The notes beneath the pieces are model-generated. The model did not search any database. It saw nothing but the letters and a program-made list of their open reading frames with translations, and had not been told where the DNA came from. DNA of 60,081 bases, filler included, from Dirinaria sp. TL-2023a (Eukaryota): the NCBI GenBank assembly GCA_051941275.1. It is 2 parts of 2 records of this genome, joined end to end, with 100 filler letters (N's around TTAATTAATTAA, not from the genome) between each part and the next. Parts side by side here need not be neighbours in the genome. Positions count along the whole stretch, not along the records: positions 1 to 29,991 come from JAVEBF010000107.1; 1 more part is not named here. One strand, written 5' to 3'. The position numbers and the translations under genes are program-made. Within the stretch, counting starts at the first letter, position 1, and every line of letters begins with the position of its first letter. Shown one piece after another: positions 12,611 through 25,920 of the stretch.

Positions 12611-14911
12611 GTAATGAAATTACGGTACATGTGGGCATGGCTGAAATAATACATCGATTTGTCACTAAAAGCGACCAAAACCAAAACCTTGCACAGGAGA
12701 TAGCAATTTTTCGGAAATCACGTTACGACCGACACGAGATCTGGGAAAACAAACTACTTTAAATAGTTCCTTTCTTTTTTGTATATACGATTAATAATGA
12801 AACAATCAATGCAATACGCAATGACCATCCTTCTTCCTCCCGTATCACTTATACTCTCCATGATGGGGGTTCGTTTTCTTCTTCTTCTCTTCGTCAACGA
12901 AAGTCCACCATCATCATCATTCAAAAAGGAAACCCATGATTATCAATCCACAATGGTTCGTCCCCGTACAGCTAATTACTGACCCACGCCCCCAATAAGA
13001 GGAGGCTTTTTCCTATCTCATTTCTAAATTAATTGTGATTTGGTTAGATGAAATGAAAAGAGATGTTGCGAAAGATGAATCATTCGTTTCGTATACAAAA
13101 GAGAGAAAAAAAAAAAAAGGGCGGTGGGTGGTGGAGACAAATGAGCTCTGTTCTTTTGCACGTGTCTTATTGCCTTACCAATCATAAATTAAGGTAGGGG
13201 ACCGGATGCTAAAACATTGCCATCTCGAATCTGCTCCACTAACAATGAGGTGGAAGCGACGAACGGTTCAAAAAAAGGATATGAGGATATCTGCCGGGTT
13301 GGCTACCGAGGCTGCCAAGAGGTCCTGGCCTCACCTTAGGGGCCCAACGCGTGTAGTGTGATGTCATAGGACTTATGTAAGGAAAGTAGCCGGGGTAGAG
13401 TACTGAGGTACGATCGCCTCAGATTATTCTACCTTATTGTTCACTACGAGACTACTTTGGTAAGAATCAGACTAGATTTTTCGCAGTGGTCTGAGAGATT
13501 ATCTCCTTGAATCTTCGCTAGCCGTAGTAGAGGTTTAATCGCATCAGGCATCGATACCTACTGTAGGTACAGCAAGTCATATCAAAATGGAAGATCGAGT
13601 GGATCGAAGATTTATGTTGGTAAGGTAGATAGCTTCTCGCTTCTTCCTCCGGAAAAATTCGACCGGCAAACCAGGATGCAGATCAATCCTTGCTAATCAT
13701 GACGTACTGCGCCGCCAAGGAGAGGGTTCCCAAGGCTTGATAGCTGCACGTACTCGAACTAAAGTAAAAAGCCAATATTCAGTCGCTGTTTAATCCTTTA
13801 AACCCGACGCCCCGGTTATGAATTGCCGAACAAGGTTTCGATGATCCACGTATCGAGCCACACACAGGGAAATGGGAATGTCCTTGTGCGTGGGGACGGG
13901 ACGCGCACACATACTGTATACCACTAAGGTGGCCAATCATCAAAATGCTGTGCAGGCTTGGCTTCGAGAATGCCATTATGTGTTTCCTGTCAGCGCGGGA
14001 CATTATCCTATTGGCTCGGTACGCGCGATGGCATTCTTCAAACGATGGGCCATGATCTGGGGTCGAGGGGGTTCTTCACTCTTCAGGGTCTCTCTCCTCA
14101 TTGACTCGGAGGTGTTTCCGGGGGACTGCAAATACAGTATGTACAGTACCCATCCAAATGTTCCGCATCCTGGCATCCTGTCCGATCAACATATAGAAGC
14201 ACTGTCGAAACGCGGCTTGATCAATAGCCGGTACGTACTCGGAGCCACGTCCGATGTTATACGTATCTTACAATTGATTGATTGTGGCTCATCCGTATCG
14301 CGTCGGATAACTCAAGCCAGATAATTTTGTGCTTGATCGAAACATGAACCTGACGGAGTCAATGCGGCGTCCACTCCAGTCCAATTAGTAACACACGCCT
14401 CCACGGCTCCACGGCTTCACGATTCGCGAGTTCGTGACCTGACGGCGCTGTGCTCCGGCTCGTGCCTCCTTTTCTTCTCCCCTCTGCACTCTGCAGAAAA
14501 ACCCCTCCCCCAGTGCCGCCAAGACTGCAGATTAAAAACCCACTACTTAATAAATTGGTTCATCTTCCTCGCGCCACACTTTCATCCTCGTCCTTGTGAA
14601 TAATATTTCATCATTGTTCACTATTCACGGCTGTTCGTGACACAGACCCTCAATCTTAAGGTACTAAGGTAGTGAGCTCTGTAATAATACGGCATTGTTG
14701 TCAAGCCAGCTCTCCGAATTAATAATTATTATTGCGCCTCAATTGACAAACCGGACTTACCACCGATTTTTTGCCACCGAGGGTTACCCCACATACCAAA
14801 ACCCATTGTACGCGACAAAGGGCATATATCACGCCCGCTGTTGCTGTAATCCTTCTCTGTTGCTTGACAGAGTCTTGAATTGGACATTCGCCATCTCAGT
14901 TGTTCCATACC

Positions 14912-16087
14912 ATGGCGCCTGCCCTCCGAGGTTACATGTCGCCACCGGCACCAGTACCGTCCACAACCTTCCCCGGTCCAGAAGGTGTTGATATCGATGG
15001 ACATGGTTCCCCAGACCACCGAAGCGCCAGTGCACAGCTAGCTAATCGGAAAACCCCTGTTCCATACCAACAGAAACGCCATCCAGCGAGCAGCAACTAC
15101 TTCGAAAGCAGTGCTTCCGAGGACGTAAACCCCCTCTTTGATTTCGAACCTCGCTCCCTGACCGGATCTCCGAGGAAACAGGTCCTCATGCCTAGCACGC
15201 CTTTCCCAATCGCCAACGGGTGGGATAGCATTCAACCTCCATCACCTCCCAACTCCGCCGTATACCCTTCCGAGAATTGGCGACCCTTTGATTACAAAGG
15301 GCAGGTGCCTCACAACATCCTCACTCAGATCGACCCTTCGAGGGCTCGCTCGCACTATGGCCAGACTACACCTCCAGATGACGATGCATCGAGCATTGCG
15401 GAGGCCCAGCTCAGTCGACAGCCGACAGGGCTCCCAACTCCTGAAAGATCCACGACGGCAAACGGCAAAAAGCGGAAGCAAGCCTCCGCGAACGTCGAAG
15501 AGTCTCTCGCATCATCAAAACGCGTCCGCAAGAATGCCAGTCGATTGGCTAGGGCCGATGAACAGTTGGATCCCAATAGCCCTGAAGACGCCCACCGTTC
15601 GAAGTTCCTGGAACGCAACCGAGTAGCTGCATCGAAGTGTCGGCAAAAGAAGAAGGAATGGACCCAAAACCTCGAGCGACGAGCTCGAGATCTACAGAGG
15701 GAGAATCACTCGCTTCGTATGCTGCTCGACACTTGCAGGGAGGAGATTCTTTTCCTCAAAGGGGAGATGCTTAAACATACTGCCTGTGGATGTGTCAACA
15801 TCCAGGAATACCTGCAGCGAGGGGCTATGTTTTCTGACGATCAGAATGATAATCCAATACAGCTGGAGCGCACTGGCTCAGTGGCTACACCACCAAGAAG
15901 TCCAGCAAGCAGTGGCGCTTTGCGCCGTGACGGCCAGAAGTCGGAACCCAGCTTCAAAGCTGATCCAGAGGCAGATGAAACAGGAGGGGATCGTACGCTA
16001 GAAGAGAATTTGGAAGCTCTCCTTCGACCTCAGTGTGCGCATGACACAAGTGAGGAAGGGATCGCCAAGCAAGTACAGGTTTCATAG
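14912..16087 (+). CDS. ATF/CREB-type bZIP transcription factor (AtfB/Atf21-like)
   Basis: Basic region RSKFLERNRVAASKCRQKKKEW, leucine zipper, LKHTACGC..IQEYL tail. Confidence 0.85.
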   Translation: MAPALRGYMSPPAPVPSTTFPGPEGVDIDGHGSPDHRSASAQLANRKTPVPYQQKRHPASSNYFESSASEDVNPLFDFEPRSLTGSPRKQVLMPSTPFPIANGWDSIQPPSPPNSAVYPSENWRPFDYKGQVPHNILTQIDPSRARSHYGQTTPPDDDASSIAEAQLSRQPTGLPTPERSTTANGKKRKQASANVEESLASSKRVRKNASRLARADEQLDPNSPEDAHRSKFLERNRVAASKCRQKKKEWTQNLERRARDLQRENHSLRMLLDTCREEILFLKGEMLKHTACGCVNIQEYLQRGAMFSDDQNDNPIQLERTGSVATPPRSPASSGALRRDGQKSEPSFKADPEADETGGDRTLEENLEALLRPQCAHDTSEEGIAKQVQVS

Positions 16088-17038
16088 CGGTCCAGATGGT
16101 ACTGCCATGCTGCTTCAAAGGGCACCTAACCTGTCATGATCATTTGGCATCGATGCTGAACGGCATGTAAATCAACAGTCTGGGATGATGAGTTTTTTCG
16201 GTCATCCATATGTGGCTGTCGAGACACCACACTTGCCCTTTCGTGCTAGTCGGATGCCAATGCTCTTCATCTCTTCATCTCTCCAGCTCCTCTGGATGCT
16301 CCGGTACTTTGGGTCGATGGCAGTGAGAGCTGGCTGGAAAGCAATGCGTTTAGCACTGTGACTGCACATGTCTGGAAGCTAACCAGGGGCTGCGGGGGAC
16401 GCCTGTGGTGCGGTTGTTTTATGAAGCAACGATATCATGTACACTTCAAAAGTGTTTCCGAGCGTCTTTTCGGATCTTTATGATTTCCTGTAAGTTAATG
16501 CGATCAGCTTCATACCCACATTGAGCACGAAGGTGGCTGGTGTACATGTATGCTATCATCATGATCCATCCAAATACCCTGCTCGTTACCTTGCCCGTGA
16601 TTCCCTGCATTAGAAAAAGTCTTTGTCCCGGTTGAATAAGGAGGCCTGAGGATGAAGAGGGTTCATCCAGCATTTGCAGCGAGAGAAATACTCGTACTCG
16701 TACACAACATATTTGTAGAGTTCGAGGAGGCATTCGGGTATGATATCATCACTTTCTACTACCTTGACGTACTTGCATTAAGTACCTTAAGGCATCTACC
16801 AGACATTTGCGCTAATTGCCCATTTTGGTCGTTTGCTTGTCCGTACCCACACTCACCAGACTCATTGTGCTAGCCTAATCCCTGTGCTACGGGTGAGAGA
16901 TATATACGGGCTTTTTATCATCGAAGCTTTTATGAATACATGACGTTCCACTCGCTATCGTACTGCGGGAAGAAGCAACTAAAACCTTCAACTGTCTTGA
17001 TAATGCTCAAATAGCCTGCAAGTTACCCCGACGATCAA

Positions 17039-18168
17039 TCACGTCTCCATTGTTTTGAACGCTTTCATAGTCTCTGTAATAGCTTTTTCTACAGGTAATC
17101 GCTCCACGGAGGATGCACCAAAGAATCCGTGAATTCCTGTAACCTTACCCAATACGTACTTTGCGTCCTCCGGCTCTGCGATAGGGCCACCGTGGCATAG
17201 AACGATGATATCTGCGAGCCGTTGAGCGATGCGCACAGCATGATGTCAAATATCTGTCGCCGCGGATCAAGGCATACCTGGATTTATATCATGGGCTGCA
17301 TCGCTGATATCCTGAATACTTCTCACGCAGTCATCGAGAGACGACGCACTCGTAGCTCCGATAGAGCCAGAAGTCGTCAGTCCCATATGTGCCACGAGCA
17401 CGTCTGCACCAGCTCTAGTCATGCGCTCTGCTTCGCCCACGTTGAAAACGTAAGGGGTCGTCAACAGATCCATCTCGTGAGCTATCTTGATCATGCTCAC
17501 TTCTTCCTCGTAACCCATGCCGGTCTCTTCAAGATTCTGACGGAATTTGCCATCGATCAGGCCAACGGTGGGGAAGTTCTGCACACCGCAGAAGCCGAGT
17601 GCTTTGAGTTCGCTGAGGAACGATGGCATGGATCTGAATGGATCCGAGGCGCACACACCTGCCAAGACACCAATATTCCTCACCACAGGTAGCACTTCCT
17701 TGGCCTTGCTGATTGCGTTAGAAAGAAACACAGACTTTTGCCAGAGTCTGCCAGAGTCTGCCAGTAATTGAGATGCTTCTGCTTGCTCGAGGCAAAGGTT
17801 TGATTTCGCAAGATGACCGAATTCAATTCTTCGAACAACGTGGAAAATGACTGCTCTTCGAACCTACCATGTCCAAGACCATCGCATTCGCATCTCCGTA
17901 TGGCATCATTCCTGCTAGCGAGCCTCTACCGGCCATGCGGTACCGGCCTGAGTTGTAGATTATGATCAGGTCGCCGCCGCCTTGCTCAATGAATTTGGCT
18001 GATAGCCCGATACCTGACACGACCGTCAATTCTGTCCATTTCCTCTCTCACCAGACCGGCAGTCCAACGTTGTCACTAACCAGCTCCAGCGCCAACAATA
18101 GGCTCTCTCTTATCCACCAATTTTTTGAGCCTCCCAAGTACCTCTGATCGACTAGTGGGACGCGGCAT
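17039..18168 (-). CDS. TIM-barrel PEP-hydrolase-like ('TIM-barrel signal transduction') protein, homologous to the C-terminal domain of Tm-1; 3 introns
   Basis: [82 protein letters not shown]. Confidence 0.9.
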
Positions 18169-18656
18169 GATGGCCGGAGTTGAAGGTGACGATTAGTCAG
18201 TAGAGCAGTATCAATCGATTTGAGCTCTCAGCCAGGCGAGTGAATCCACCGCCATTAATAATGATGGCCTTGCCAATTCCTGACCGCTAGGCTAACTCAT
18301 GTAATGGCTAAATGACTTGGCTCCTTGGCTCTTCAAACTCAAGGTTCTTGTCTGCAGGTCAAAAAGTAAGGTAAGGTATCTTGCATTAGTCTCCTCATGT
18401 TAATGACTACTCTTTCCAAGATTACCTCCGTCCAGACGAGAAGAATCAGTAGTCAAAGTAATATGCCGTCATTAGGTGACTGAAATAACCTAAGGTAAAG
18501 AAGCTTTTCTTTAGGTACATTAGTTTACTCTTACCTTCTTATCTATTGCATGACTACTTTTAAGAAGGTTAGATTCCGGACGGGATCAAGCCGCTATTAG
18601 TGTCTAGTGGCGGGCTCAAAAACAAAAAAACGGACAGACGGCACCGCGACAGCAGC

Positions 18657-19991
18657 ATGGGATCTCTATCGATCGTGCTCATCGGCACCTGCGATACAAA
18701 GCTCTCAGAGCTCCTCTATCTTCACTCTCGTATCCTCGCGTCCGCCAAGGATACCAATGTAATACTCATTGATGCTGGCCGGAAGCCCATCTACCACCCC
18801 ACGATATCAATTCGGCAGGATGAACTTCTTACGAAATACAGACAACCTCCACAATCCTCGGGAAAAGCCGCCAGCGACATTTCCAATCTCTCTCGCGCGG
18901 AAGTCATCCAAACTATGACTGAATGCGCCACAGCGTGCATGTCAGAACTATACTCGAAACGACCCGTACATGGTGCCATTTCAATTGGCGGATCATGCGG
19001 CACTTCTCTTGCTTCAGCAATCATGCGCGGCGCGCTTCCCTTTACATTCCCCAAGCTCATTGTATCCACAGTTGCTAGCGGAGACACATCACACATCGTG
19101 GGGGAGAGTGATATAACACTGATGTACAGTATCGTTGATATAGCAGGCTCAAATCGTATCCTGAATTGTGTATTAGACAATGCAGCGGGAGCTATTGTTG
19201 GGCTTGCAAGAGCACATCAAGTACGTTTACAATCCGAGCAAGGGCAAGATCAAAATTCGTCACAGCGGGCAGTGAGGGGAAACAAGACCAGGATAGGGAT
19301 CACAATGTTCGGAGTTACGACACCCTGTGTCGAGGCCATGCGCCATCACCTTACGGAGACCTATGACTATGAGGTTTACATATTCCACGCCACCGGTCAC
19401 GGTGGACGAGCTATGGAACGTCTCATAAACTCTGGAGAGTTAGACGCACTTATTGATCTGACCACTACCGAGATACCAGATCAGATAGTGGGAGGTGTCA
19501 TGGCAGCTGGGCCAGACCGCCTCAAAGCGGCTGCAAAAGCCGGGATCCCTCAAATCGTGAGTGTTGGTGCTTGCGATATGGTGAATTTCGGGCCACGGAA
19601 CACCTTGCCAGAAAGGTTTGGAAAGGGAGGCAGGAACATCTTCGAGCACAATGCTTCAGTCACCTTAATGCGGACCAACAGTGGAGAATGCAAGCAAATC
19701 GGGCAGTTCATTGTCAGCAAGTTGAAAGAATTCTGCGTGCGGCCGGACCTGGTCCAGGTGGTGCTGCCGGTCGGTGGCATCAGCATGATCTCTAAGCCTC
19801 AGGATCCGTTCGAGGACAAAGATGCGGATGAGGCTCTTTTTGAGACGATCGAGGATGGACTGAAAGGTAGTAAGACCGAGGTGGTTCGGGACGAACGGGA
19901 TATCAACAACCCATCATTCGCTGTGGATGTGGCTGAAAGGCTGGTCAAGCTCATCCAACTGCAACGACAACAAAAACGCGCAGAACCATAG
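18657..19991 (+). CDS. UPF0261 / Tm-1-like ATP-binding domain protein
   Basis: IGTCDTK..E, GGSCGT, PKLIVSTVASG, TMFGVTTPCV, FHATGHGG.AME, DLTTTE, GACDMVNFG, TLMRT. Confidence 0.9.
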   Translation: MGSLSIVLIGTCDTKLSELLYLHSRILASAKDTNVILIDAGRKPIYHPTISIRQDELLTKYRQPPQSSGKAASDISNLSRAEVIQTMTECATACMSELYSKRPVHGAISIGGSCGTSLASAIMRGALPFTFPKLIVSTVASGDTSHIVGESDITLMYSIVDIAGSNRILNCVLDNAAGAIVGLARAHQVRLQSEQGQDQNSSQRAVRGNKTRIGITMFGVTTPCVEAMRHHLTETYDYEVYIFHATGHGGRAMERLINSGELDALIDLTTTEIPDQIVGGVMAAGPDRLKAAAKAGIPQIVSVGACDMVNFGPRNTLPERFGKGGRNIFEHNASVTLMRTNSGECKQIGQFIVSKLKEFCVRPDLVQVVLPVGGISMISKPQDPFEDKDADEALFETIEDGLKGSKTEVVRDERDINNPSFAVDVAERLVKLIQLQRQQKRAEP

Positions 19992-20555
19992 CTACGAGAG
20001 GATAATTGAGCAGCGGCTCTCCAGCCAAGTGCCAGCCGGGTGCAGAAGTTGAGTAATCTGTTTTACGACTGACGACTATACGACATGGAGTCACCCGGTC
20101 ATTGGATGATTTGAAATCAAGTCATATCGGTGGCTGGATATGAAAACATCAATTGTTGTGGACAGATACCTTACTATGTAGGTATTAACTGATATACTTA
20201 GTCAGCAACTTGCAGTGCTAAGCAAGCACCAAAGTCGTCCCAGCCACCATTTGACATTTCCTCATTTTTGATCCCCACTGCAACACCACCTCACCATGAT
20301 AGGTACATGTAAGTATGGTAAGTATTCCCTTAAATCTCTACTGAAACAGGCTTTCCGCATTTGAGGAATGAAACAATGTTCCAAGCTCAGCAAGTATAGG
20401 CCTTTCTTGCCACCACTTCATTTAAGATATATACCTCATTCGAGGTTCTTTCTCTTTGAATGGTTATCAACGTCTAGATGTTTTCCATGGCACTAGATTT
20501 TTTCCTTTTTTTTCAATTTGATTCTCTATAATAGCTAAATATCAAGAGCTACTAC

Positions 20556-22050
20556 TTACTCGCGCAACCAAGGATGCTGGAGCAACTGCGTGGTCGACGG
20601 CCTCTTGCCGGGATCATACTGCAACATCGACGCGATGAAGTCCCGAAAACATTCCGCCTGCTGCTCATCCATGCCTTTCGGCTTCGCGCACCGGACCGCC
20701 TGCGCCAGATCCCCGCACCGCATCTCCTCGGCCTCGTAATCCGGATCCTGCTCCAACAATTCCCCGGCCACATTAACGAATTTATCAGCGTGGGCCCAGT
20801 GCGCTCGGAGGGCTTCGGGAAGCGGGCCAAGACGGGTAATGGTGTTCACGATTTGCTCGTCGTCCGCTTCCTGCGGGTCCTCGTCCCGGTCCACGAAGAG
20901 GGTCATGATTAAACAGCGCAGCGTGACGAGCACGAATAGCGTGCATCCCAGGGCCCAGATATCGGCTTTTTCGCACATGGGGAGGCCTAGGATTACTTCT
21001 GGGGCGCGCACGTCGCGCGGGTATGCTGGCGGGGAGTCGTTGCTTTCGGAGAAGTGGCAGGCGGATCCGAGGTCGGCAAGGACTACTCTGAAGGGTTGCG
21101 GGGAAGAGAAGTTGACGCGGTCGTTGAGGCGCATGGCCGCTACTGTGTATTTCGGATCTGAGTTGCTGAGGGGCTGGCCGTCGATGCGTTGGAGCATGTT
21201 GATTCGGTGACGGAGGTTTTGGAAGTTCTGTTCCGCCCATGTGGTTGAGGGCATTGATTGCTGCTCATCGGATGATAAGTCCTGAGTTTCCTCTTCTGCG
21301 TTCCAAACATCACGCTGGATCTCGCTCTGCGTCATCGCGTTCAGATCTTGGCTTAAAGCCATGAGAATGTTCCCCGGCTGGATATCTCGATGCATGATTT
21401 TCTTCGAGTGAAGATAATCGAGTCCGAGGACGACTTGTCTGCAGACCTCGCGTCCGGTGGAGACGGTCCATTCTCTCGGGTCGTATTCGTCGGGATCCTC
21501 AAACCCTCCATAGGCAGTGAAGTCGAGCGCTGTGTCGATCAGGTACTCGAAATTGCGTCCCAGCGGCTCAAAGGTTAGGCAGCTGTGTAACCCGTTCGGT
21601 CCTTGGTGGCTGAAGAAGTCGATTCGCCGTTGCACATGTGCTGCGCCGGGATGCGGTGGTGACTCGCTTGCGCTGGTGGATAATGTTACTTCGATATTCT
21701 GATCATTCGAGGCTACAGCCTTGACTATTTTCAGGGCGACATAGGTGTTTGTACTACGGATGTGAGTTTTCCCAAGCGCTCAACATGGCATGAGAGCAGA
21801 AGCTCGACCTACAGTTTGTCTTGGGCCAGCCATACGGTGGAGCCTGTTGCGTATCCAAGCTTCCGGAAGACTGTGTATCGGTCGTTGAAAGTATCATTCA
21901 GGTGAACGGGGTGGTAGTGGCCCTTGTTGTAGTGGGCTGGATGTTCCTTAGCCCCCTGAATCAGCTATGAAAAAGGAGTGGTAGAAGCGTTTTCTTTACC
22001 GAGTGTACAGGATTGTCTTCCGCAAAGATAAATTGCTTTGGTGGAAGCAT
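20556..22050 (-). CDS. SRPK-like (CMGC) Ser/Thr protein kinase, 2 introns
   Basis: HYHPVHLNDTFNDRY..RKLGYATGSTVWLAQD|YVALKI, HRDIQPGN, DLG, RAPEV, DIWALGC, spacer insert. Confidence 0.85.
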
Positions 22051-24598
22051 CTTTCCTCGCTTGCCAATACTGCTGGATCAAATAGATCGTATTATTCAGC
22101 GAATAAACGGAGGTAATTGAGTCATCAAGATTTGCATTTGTGTTATGGACAGAACACAAGTTTGCGTTGGCTGGAACAACTTTATATCACCAAAAAAATA
22201 TCCAGGCATACGTGTGCGAAGAAGTCTTTTGGCTTTTTCAAAAAATGTTTGAGGGTGTTGCTATGGCCTTTGAAACTGCAGGCAGGAGACAGATGAACCT
22301 TGCCACAATTTCGTCTACGAGGAAACAAGCGGTGGCACACACGAAACGGCGTGAAGGGTGAATGAAGTAGACACAAGCTTAATGAGCCGATTCGAGCACT
22401 GCCCAACGCTCAAAGGGTTCATCGCTTGCTGCGACAACCAACGCCAAGTATCAGGCGCAGCAAGGGAAGGAAGAAGAAAACACGCATTAAAGCTTCATGA
22501 TCCTTTCAGCCAGATTCCCGCAATGGATTCCCACCGAGGTTTGAGGTCTGGCCCGCGTGGTCGTCACCTGTCGACCCCATCGCATTTGGCCGAGCCTGGA
22601 GACGAGTACTTTTCTACAGACCGAATCGATGTTACTAGTATTATTGAGTAAGATTGACAAGATAATCAATTCAGCGTGAAAAATGCAATCTGCTGCGTAC
22701 TACCACTGTACTTCACAAAGCTGAGCCTCTTTGCACCACCTAAAGTAGCCTAGGACTGCTACCTAATACCCGGTCGTTGATTGGCGCGCTACCGGGCGCC
22801 CTAGCGAGCTTGCTAAAACGCTAAGTGAACGACGAACTCACGATCGCTACTCTCGCCTACCAACACAGCCAATTCTCCCTGATCAGGTATCTTCCACGAC
22901 GGGAACACGGCCGAGAAGAGATCGACCGGATTAGCGTTGTGCAGTGCATCGAAATGCTTCTCCATCTGCATCCATCGATGATAGACAGGGACGGAAAATG
23001 CTGGCTGCGGAGATTAGGATGAAACATGTCGTCCACACCTCTATTCGGTTTCATTTGATGCAGTGGAACATTCCTATTGTGGAGACTGACACGAGCACTG
23101 AGGCATCGCCCAATGCTATGGGTGAAGTGGCTCTTTTTTCGGCCTTGTTTGCTTGCTCTCTCTCTCTATCTCGCAAATTTCTCATCTTGGTGGTTCCTTC
23201 AAAGTCTGATTCCCCGAAGGATCTTCAGTGAAACGCTGAACTCTCTTTACCTCTGCGAAGCTATTCTCCAAGTGCCAGGTGTGATCTGAACGGCTGCTAA
23301 TGGTTCTCGTTACCATTTGCTTCTTGTGTGGTAGTACAATGCAGACCGCAGCGCGTTTCGCAAGCCTTGTGTCGTGGCTTTGTCGATATATCACTTTTAT
23401 GGGCTATTCCTGGGTTGGATGACTAGTGCTCGCCCTGCGTTGAGTCGTCGAGGTGTGATTCTCTGGGGATCATCATCTCAATGAGGCTGTCAAGAGTGAA
23501 TTATCTCATCATTCAAGCAAATCACTGCTTAAAGTCCATAATGGTTTCCGTCCTTTTCACTTTCCTCCCTAGGGAGTAGCCTATGGCTACAGTGGCATAA
23601 CAGAATTTCCATATCCTTCGTGCACTATGATGTCAAGCCCTCGTTAGGATACCAGGCAGTGTTCTCTTCAACAGTGACCTTCCCAACGGGAAGTGAAACA
23701 TGCCAGGAACAGCATCAATTCCTCTGTCCCTTGGAAAAGAAGTGAGATACCGTGGAGCTTGCAGGATTTTGAACAATGATCTCACCAACTAGATTTCAGA
23801 CCCGTTCAGGCGAAGTAGCTACTCAAACCTGCTGATTCCTTCGGACTGAAGGACCGCGCGGTGTTGCAATATTGACAACAGCTTCGACATAGGGAAGATG
23901 TTGAGAATGCGGGTCATCTGGTTATTGGCTCTTTCTGGCCAGAAGTCGTCTTCAGAAGAGTTTGACCATCTTCAGTGTTAGCCCACTAAATGATGCTTCT
24001 CTGTTGGGTTATATGCTACCACCCAACCCCCCGACCCCCCAAGTTCCGAACCAAGCAACCGTGAAGAACGGAGCTGTCACCTCATGATTGGGAGACCAAG
24101 GTCTCCGAGTTCCCATCATGCCAACTAGGACGTCACAACAGCCTAAGCATCATCGCACAACAGCAAATTCCACCGTGTCTTGATCGACTTCTGTTGCTAG
24201 TCGAGGCGTTCCTCGATGCCAATTAATATATAAATCTTGCCTTAATCGCCCTCCAAAATGATTTCAGAAACATCATCTTAAAAAAGCGAATTCTACTTTC
24301 TGGTTAAAGTAGAAAAGTTTCCCCTTTTGCATCTATTATCAATTGATATCACATTTTCCGCTGGTTCGGAAATCTTGCCGTTAATAAATACTCCTGTCCA
24401 TCATCACGACCGTCGAATCCCACTTGTCAAACCACCACTTTCACAACACCATCTCTCAATCCCGTTGACCGGGACCATCAATCCAATCCAATCCAATAAT
24501 AAACCGCACCTTGAAAGAAGCACGCAACATCGCCCATCTCACTCCACCACCCAAAAAAAAAACTCCGTAAGCAAAGCAAGCAACCCCTACCCTCCAAA

Positions 24599-25323
24599 AT
24601 GCGTCTCTCCAGCATTATCCCATTCATCCTTGCCCCCGCCGCGCTCGGCGTAGCCCTCGCCCCCAGAAAAGAACACGATGAAAACAGCGCCGCCCCCAAA
24701 ACGACCGTAACATCCACAGCCATAACCACAGTAACGCACTCCGCACTACCAAGCGGAACGGGGGGATCACTGAAACTGATCTACGAAAACGGGACGCACG
24801 CGCAGCACGTGCCGTCCAGCTACCAAGAATCGGAAGCGGAGAAGAAACTCGACAAGCGCAAGAAGCGGCCCAAGGTATCCATCCGCATTGAGCGGGGGGG
24901 AGATTTCAAGCGCAGGGATAAAGACGACGCGATCGATATCGCTGAAGACGTGCTGGATGATTATGGGTATAAATCGGGTGTGATCACGTAAGTTTGTTGT
25001 TAAAAAATTTTTTTTTTCTTTTCACCCTCCCTGAGATGACGGGAAAAACAGACACAGATGGCACCGCTCCAACGGCGAGGACATCTACCACTTCACCATC
25101 CGCCCGGACGGCGGGCGCAGTATCCATGTTTATGAAGACGATGGTGGGTTTTTCTCCCCTCTTTTCCCCCTCCCCTTTTCATTTCCCTTTTATTTCCCTT
25201 GCTTTCCAGATAGGATAAACTAACGCACCAAAAAAAGTCGTGACCCAGGGCGACCAGCGCCGCAAAGACAACGGGCGCATGTCGAGCCGCTTTCGCAGCC
25301 GGTATTCGGATTACGGGCGCTAA
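24599..25323 (+). CDS. Small secreted prepro-protein (about 185 aa), 2 introns
   Basis: Signal peptide MRLSSIIPFILAPAALGVA; LDKR Kex2 site; GT-AG introns (24988 to about 25057, 25144 to about 25237) join an open frame ending at TAA 25321-25323. Confidence 0.7.
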
Positions 25324-25920
25324 GCAATTCCAAAGTTTACATGAAGGAAGGGATGATAGATAGATGATTGTTGGGGGGGGGGGGGGCGAGGTGGATCTTA
25401 TGGAGGATTGACAGGTACACTCCTTTGGACAAAGTACATGTAGTGAGAAAAACCAACTATTTTACCTTCACTGGCCAAAAATATACGAGAGTCCCTAGCT
25501 TACTTTCACTCTGCTGTCGTATCCACCACACTCTTTACCAGACCTATCTACCTTAGGCAGAATCTATGCCCATATAGATAAGGTTCTCTATCTCCCTCCT
25601 TTTCTTTTTCTTTTCTCTTGAATACGAGCCACATAAAACAGAATATTACAAATAAGTTACGAAGATGCGTAAAGTTATCGTAGGATCTACTCCGCTACCT
25701 TACGCCAGCCAGACAGCAATAAGAATGGCCATCAAATTGTCAACTCAGTTCCACGCGACCAAAAGATAGGTACCTACATCGAGGGATAGAGACCTGTAAA
25801 GTCCCTTTACATAAAGAAAAACCATTTAAACCTATAGAACGGTCAACCTGCACCGTGTTATATTAATAAAAGGAGCTTAGCCGGCAATGAGGATCACCTG
25901 TACGTGGTCGCCGGCTACGA

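Noticed and set aside
14912..16087. AtfB-like bZIP as regulator of the PKS cluster
   Set aside because: It lies 14 kb away across an artificial contig join, among unrelated genes
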